From Candidatus Binatia bacterium (GTDB taxonomy: Bacteria > Desulfobacterota > Binatia > Bin18), in the NCBI GenBank assembly GCA_963664395.2, contig OY761159.2:4160001-4224000 (forward strand): a stretch of 64,000 nucleotides of DNA. The letters are read 5' to 3'. Of the stretch, positions 61,765 through 64,000 are shown one piece after another. The position numbers and the translations under genes were made by a program. Under the pieces are notes generated by a model that saw only the letters and a list, made by a program, of their open reading frames with translations, searched no databases and was not told the origin of the DNA. Each line of letters starts with the position of its first letter. The stretch's first letter is position 1.

Positions 61765-61935
61765 TACACGCTGGCCTCCTGGACGGTATACTATTAGTGT
61801 GGCATAGCCCGTGGTGGGGAAGCAAATAAACAAGAGGGCTGCCGACTCGGTTGAATTGTCCTGGTGCAAAAGTTAGCTTCGGAGCGTTTTATTGTGTTGG
61901 CTGCAACGGAGGGGACCCTTTCGTAGAGATGTGTT

Positions 61936-62412
61936 ATGCCACCGACTGATCTGCCCAGCCACAGGACGAATAACTCGCAGGAGCCTCTCTACTCTGTGTG
62001 GGCGGTTGTCCTAGCAACTTTCCTCGGCTCCCCCCTTGCCGGTGGTGTCCTGCTATCAATGAATTGCTGGAGATTGTCTCAACCCCGGGCCGTTCGAGAG
62101 ATATTCCTGTGGACAGGGCTTCTGACCGTAGGCTCGTTGCTCCTCAGCGGGTTGGTATCGCAAGAGCAAGGTATGGTTGAGGCTCTGTTGGTTGGTCTCC
62201 AAGTGTTTGTCATGTATTTCCTGGCGACTCGTCTGCAAGGACGGGCTATTGCCCTGCACATCCAACACGGTGGCGCGATCGCGTCGTATTGGAGCGCGAT
62301 TGCTATAGGGATTGTGTGTGGCATTGTCCTGCTCTGGGTATTGGTTGGATTAGGACTGATGCCCGCACCTGGAACCGGTATAGAGGGAGAGAGTCTACAG
62401 GGGTTCTTGTAG
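61936..62412 (+). CDS. Hypothetical membrane protein
   Basis: LYS...ATFLGSPLAGG.L...N and about 4 TM segments. Confidence 0.75.
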   Translation: MPPTDLPSHRTNNSQEPLYSVWAVVLATFLGSPLAGGVLLSMNCWRLSQPRAVREIFLWTGLLTVGSLLLSGLVSQEQGMVEALLVGLQVFVMYFLATRLQGRAIALHIQHGGAIASYWSAIAIGIVCGIVLLWVLVGLGLMPAPGTGIEGESLQGFL

Positions 62413-62463
62413 ACAGCTTACGACGTATCGGTTCTGCCTCACCCTTATGTCTTCTGAGTGGCC

Positions 62464-62925
62464 ATGGCACGAAAAACGTCGAAGCAAAAGACAAAACGTC
62501 CGCCCCCACGTCATCAGCTCACTTTGGATGAAGCGATTGCCCGTTTAGGACTGAGGGGAGTTGCCCAGCGGCGCATGTTTGGTGGCTTGTGCTACTACGC
62601 GAATGGGACCCCCTTTTCTTTTCTGCTCGGTGAAGATCTTGCCTTAAAACTCCCAGCCCTACAGCTTGTGGCGGCCAGTGCCAGTCGGGCCGGAGACCTT
62701 TTTCATCCCGGTGGCGGGGAGTTTGTGATGCGTGAATATCTGGCTTTAAGTGCAGCGGCATTGATGGACGAAGAAAAGGTCGACGAATTCGTACAGGCCA
62801 GCTATCGCTTTGTGAGTGGTCAGGACAGTCCGGAAGAAGAGCTTGCTCAACGTGATTTATTAGAAGGGCGGAGTGGCTTGTATCAAAAAAAGAACCGACC
62901 ATCCCGCCGGAACGTGAAATCGTAG
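62464..62925 (+). CDS. TfoX/Sxy N-terminal domain protein
   Basis: RRMFGGLCYYANG...LALKL...MREY. Confidence 0.8.
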   Translation: MARKTSKQKTKRPPPRHQLTLDEAIARLGLRGVAQRRMFGGLCYYANGTPFSFLLGEDLALKLPALQLVAASASRAGDLFHPGGGEFVMREYLALSAAALMDEEKVDEFVQASYRFVSGQDSPEEELAQRDLLEGRSGLYQKKNRPSRRNVKS

Positions 62926-62971
62926 GGACAGCGCGCATACCATCGAGCAGGGCGAATGTAAATTGACAAGC

Positions 62972-63829
62972 ATGACACAGACTGTCCTCGGCTGGAGTGC
63001 CTTTTTTGCCTCGCTCCTCGGAGCTCCGACGGAATGGCTGAAGAACGCCTTGCTTTTCCATCCCAGTTCGGTCGTAGATATAACGCCAGCAGCCTATGGA
63101 CTTGCCTACGAGGACGTCCGTTTTGGCGGAGATAGTGGGCTGCTCCTGCACGGCTGGCATATCCCCGGTCCGGGAGACGTGATCTTTGTCTGGTTTCACG
63201 GTAATGGTGGAAACATTCAGAATCGATTAGAGCACGTCCGTTTGATGCACGTTCATGTTGGCGGCTCTCACATCCTGTTTGACTATCAGGGCTATGGGCT
63301 GAGTCATGGCCAGCCGTCAATTCCCGGCATCGTGGCTGACGGCCGGGCTGTTGTACAGCTCGTCCAAGAACGGGGCTGGAGCACGGGAAAGCGGCTCGTA
63401 TTTTTTGGCGAATCCTTGGGCTGCGCGGTGGCTGTTGCTCTTGCGGTTGACCGCGCAACGGAAGTCCGCCCGGAAGTACGTCCGGAAGTCCGTCCGGACC
63501 GCATTATTCTGGAAGCACCGTTTTACTCACTGCAAGCCATGGGGCAAATCGTGCTGCCGCCCCTGGCCTTCTTAGTGAAAGATGATCTCAACTCAGCCCG
63601 GCTTATGGCAAAGCTCACTGTTCCACTGCTCATTATTCATGGCACCCAGGATCAAGTCGTGCCCTTTCAGCAGGGCCGTGACTTGTATGACCTGGCTCCT
63701 TCACCCAAGCAGTTTCATACAATACCGGGCGGGGGGCACGTCGGCCTGTACGAGATTGATGGGCAACGGTATTTCCAGACTATTCACGATTTCGTATCCG
63801 GCGAACGTTCTACTGGCTCGACCGAATAG
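62972..63829 (+). CDS. Alpha/beta hydrolase (ABHD13/Bem46-like)
   Basis: FHGNGGNI, DYQGYGLS, GESLG, IHGTQDQVVP, GGH; internal EVRP x3 repeat (63459-63498). Confidence 0.9.
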   Translation: MTQTVLGWSAFFASLLGAPTEWLKNALLFHPSSVVDITPAAYGLAYEDVRFGGDSGLLLHGWHIPGPGDVIFVWFHGNGGNIQNRLEHVRLMHVHVGGSHILFDYQGYGLSHGQPSIPGIVADGRAVVQLVQERGWSTGKRLVFFGESLGCAVAVALAVDRATEVRPEVRPEVRPDRIILEAPFYSLQAMGQIVLPPLAFLVKDDLNSARLMAKLTVPLLIIHGTQDQVVPFQQGRDLYDLAPSPKQFHTIPGGGHVGLYEIDGQRYFQTIHDFVSGERSTGSTE

Positions 63830-63837
63830 ACGTCAGT

Positions 63838-64000
63838 ATGGCTCAAGCTGGGACTACGACGGAAGGACAGGGACCACGCCTTCAGCGCCCCCTCCGGGTT
63901 CTGCGTCGGCTGGCGCTGAGTCTCATCGCCCTTGTGTTGAGTGTGGTCCTGGCCAGCCTCTTGCTCGCTGGCTGGTTTCTATCCGAACACCGCTATGTTG
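63838..64000 (+). CDS. Membrane-anchored protein, N-terminus only (partial)
   Basis: MAQAGTTTEGQGPRLQRPLRVLRRLALSLIALVLSVVLASLLLAGWFLSEHRYV..., open to the window end. Confidence 0.6.
   Translation, partial: MAQAGTTTEGQGPRLQRPLRVLRRLALSLIALVLSVVLASLLLAGWFLSEHRYV

Noticed and set aside
1-64000. tRNA, rRNA, prophage or integrase
   Set aside because: None recognised by eye on either strand; tRNAscan-SE would be needed to fully exclude a tRNA.

Overview
Bacterial chromosomal window, moderately GC-rich. Gene content and order (smc-ftsY-zapB-zapA-6S-rny-tyrS, guaB-guaA-dnaE-hflX, many acyl-CoA, EthD and DUF35 genes) suggest a deltaproteobacteria-like lineage such as Binatota; this taxonomy is inference only. 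Most of the window is housekeeping and metabolic: acyl-CoA dehydrogenase/DUF35/thiolase-like cluster, metF, a MesD-like methionine synthase with a gentisate-dioxygenase-like cupin, a 3-subunit acyl-CoA carboxylase, two-domain ThyX, a TtpBC-ExbBD-TonB-TtpD system and a FadF/Hdr-like oxidoreductase. The best candidate for an undescribed system is at 22094-26758. There an AT-richer, tightly coupled three-gene cassette sits between the mod and res genes of a Type III restriction-modification system. It encodes an SPPY DNA methyltransferase, an atypical kinase fused to an ORC/CDC6-like P-loop ATPase, and an effector-less tandem CARF-like Rossmann protein, with no recognisable nuclease. Features the ORF track misses or splits: a selenoprotein (ArsC-like UxxC with a SECIS-like hairpin, 29645-30013), a 6S RNA, 18-bp inverted repeats flanking an MmeI-like RM gene, a 110-bp internally deleted IS5 element, a probable RM gene remnant, a 37-aa membrane protein, and a 1-nt frameshift in dnaE that is probably an assembly artefact. 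All family assignments come from reading motifs and from recall, not from database searches.
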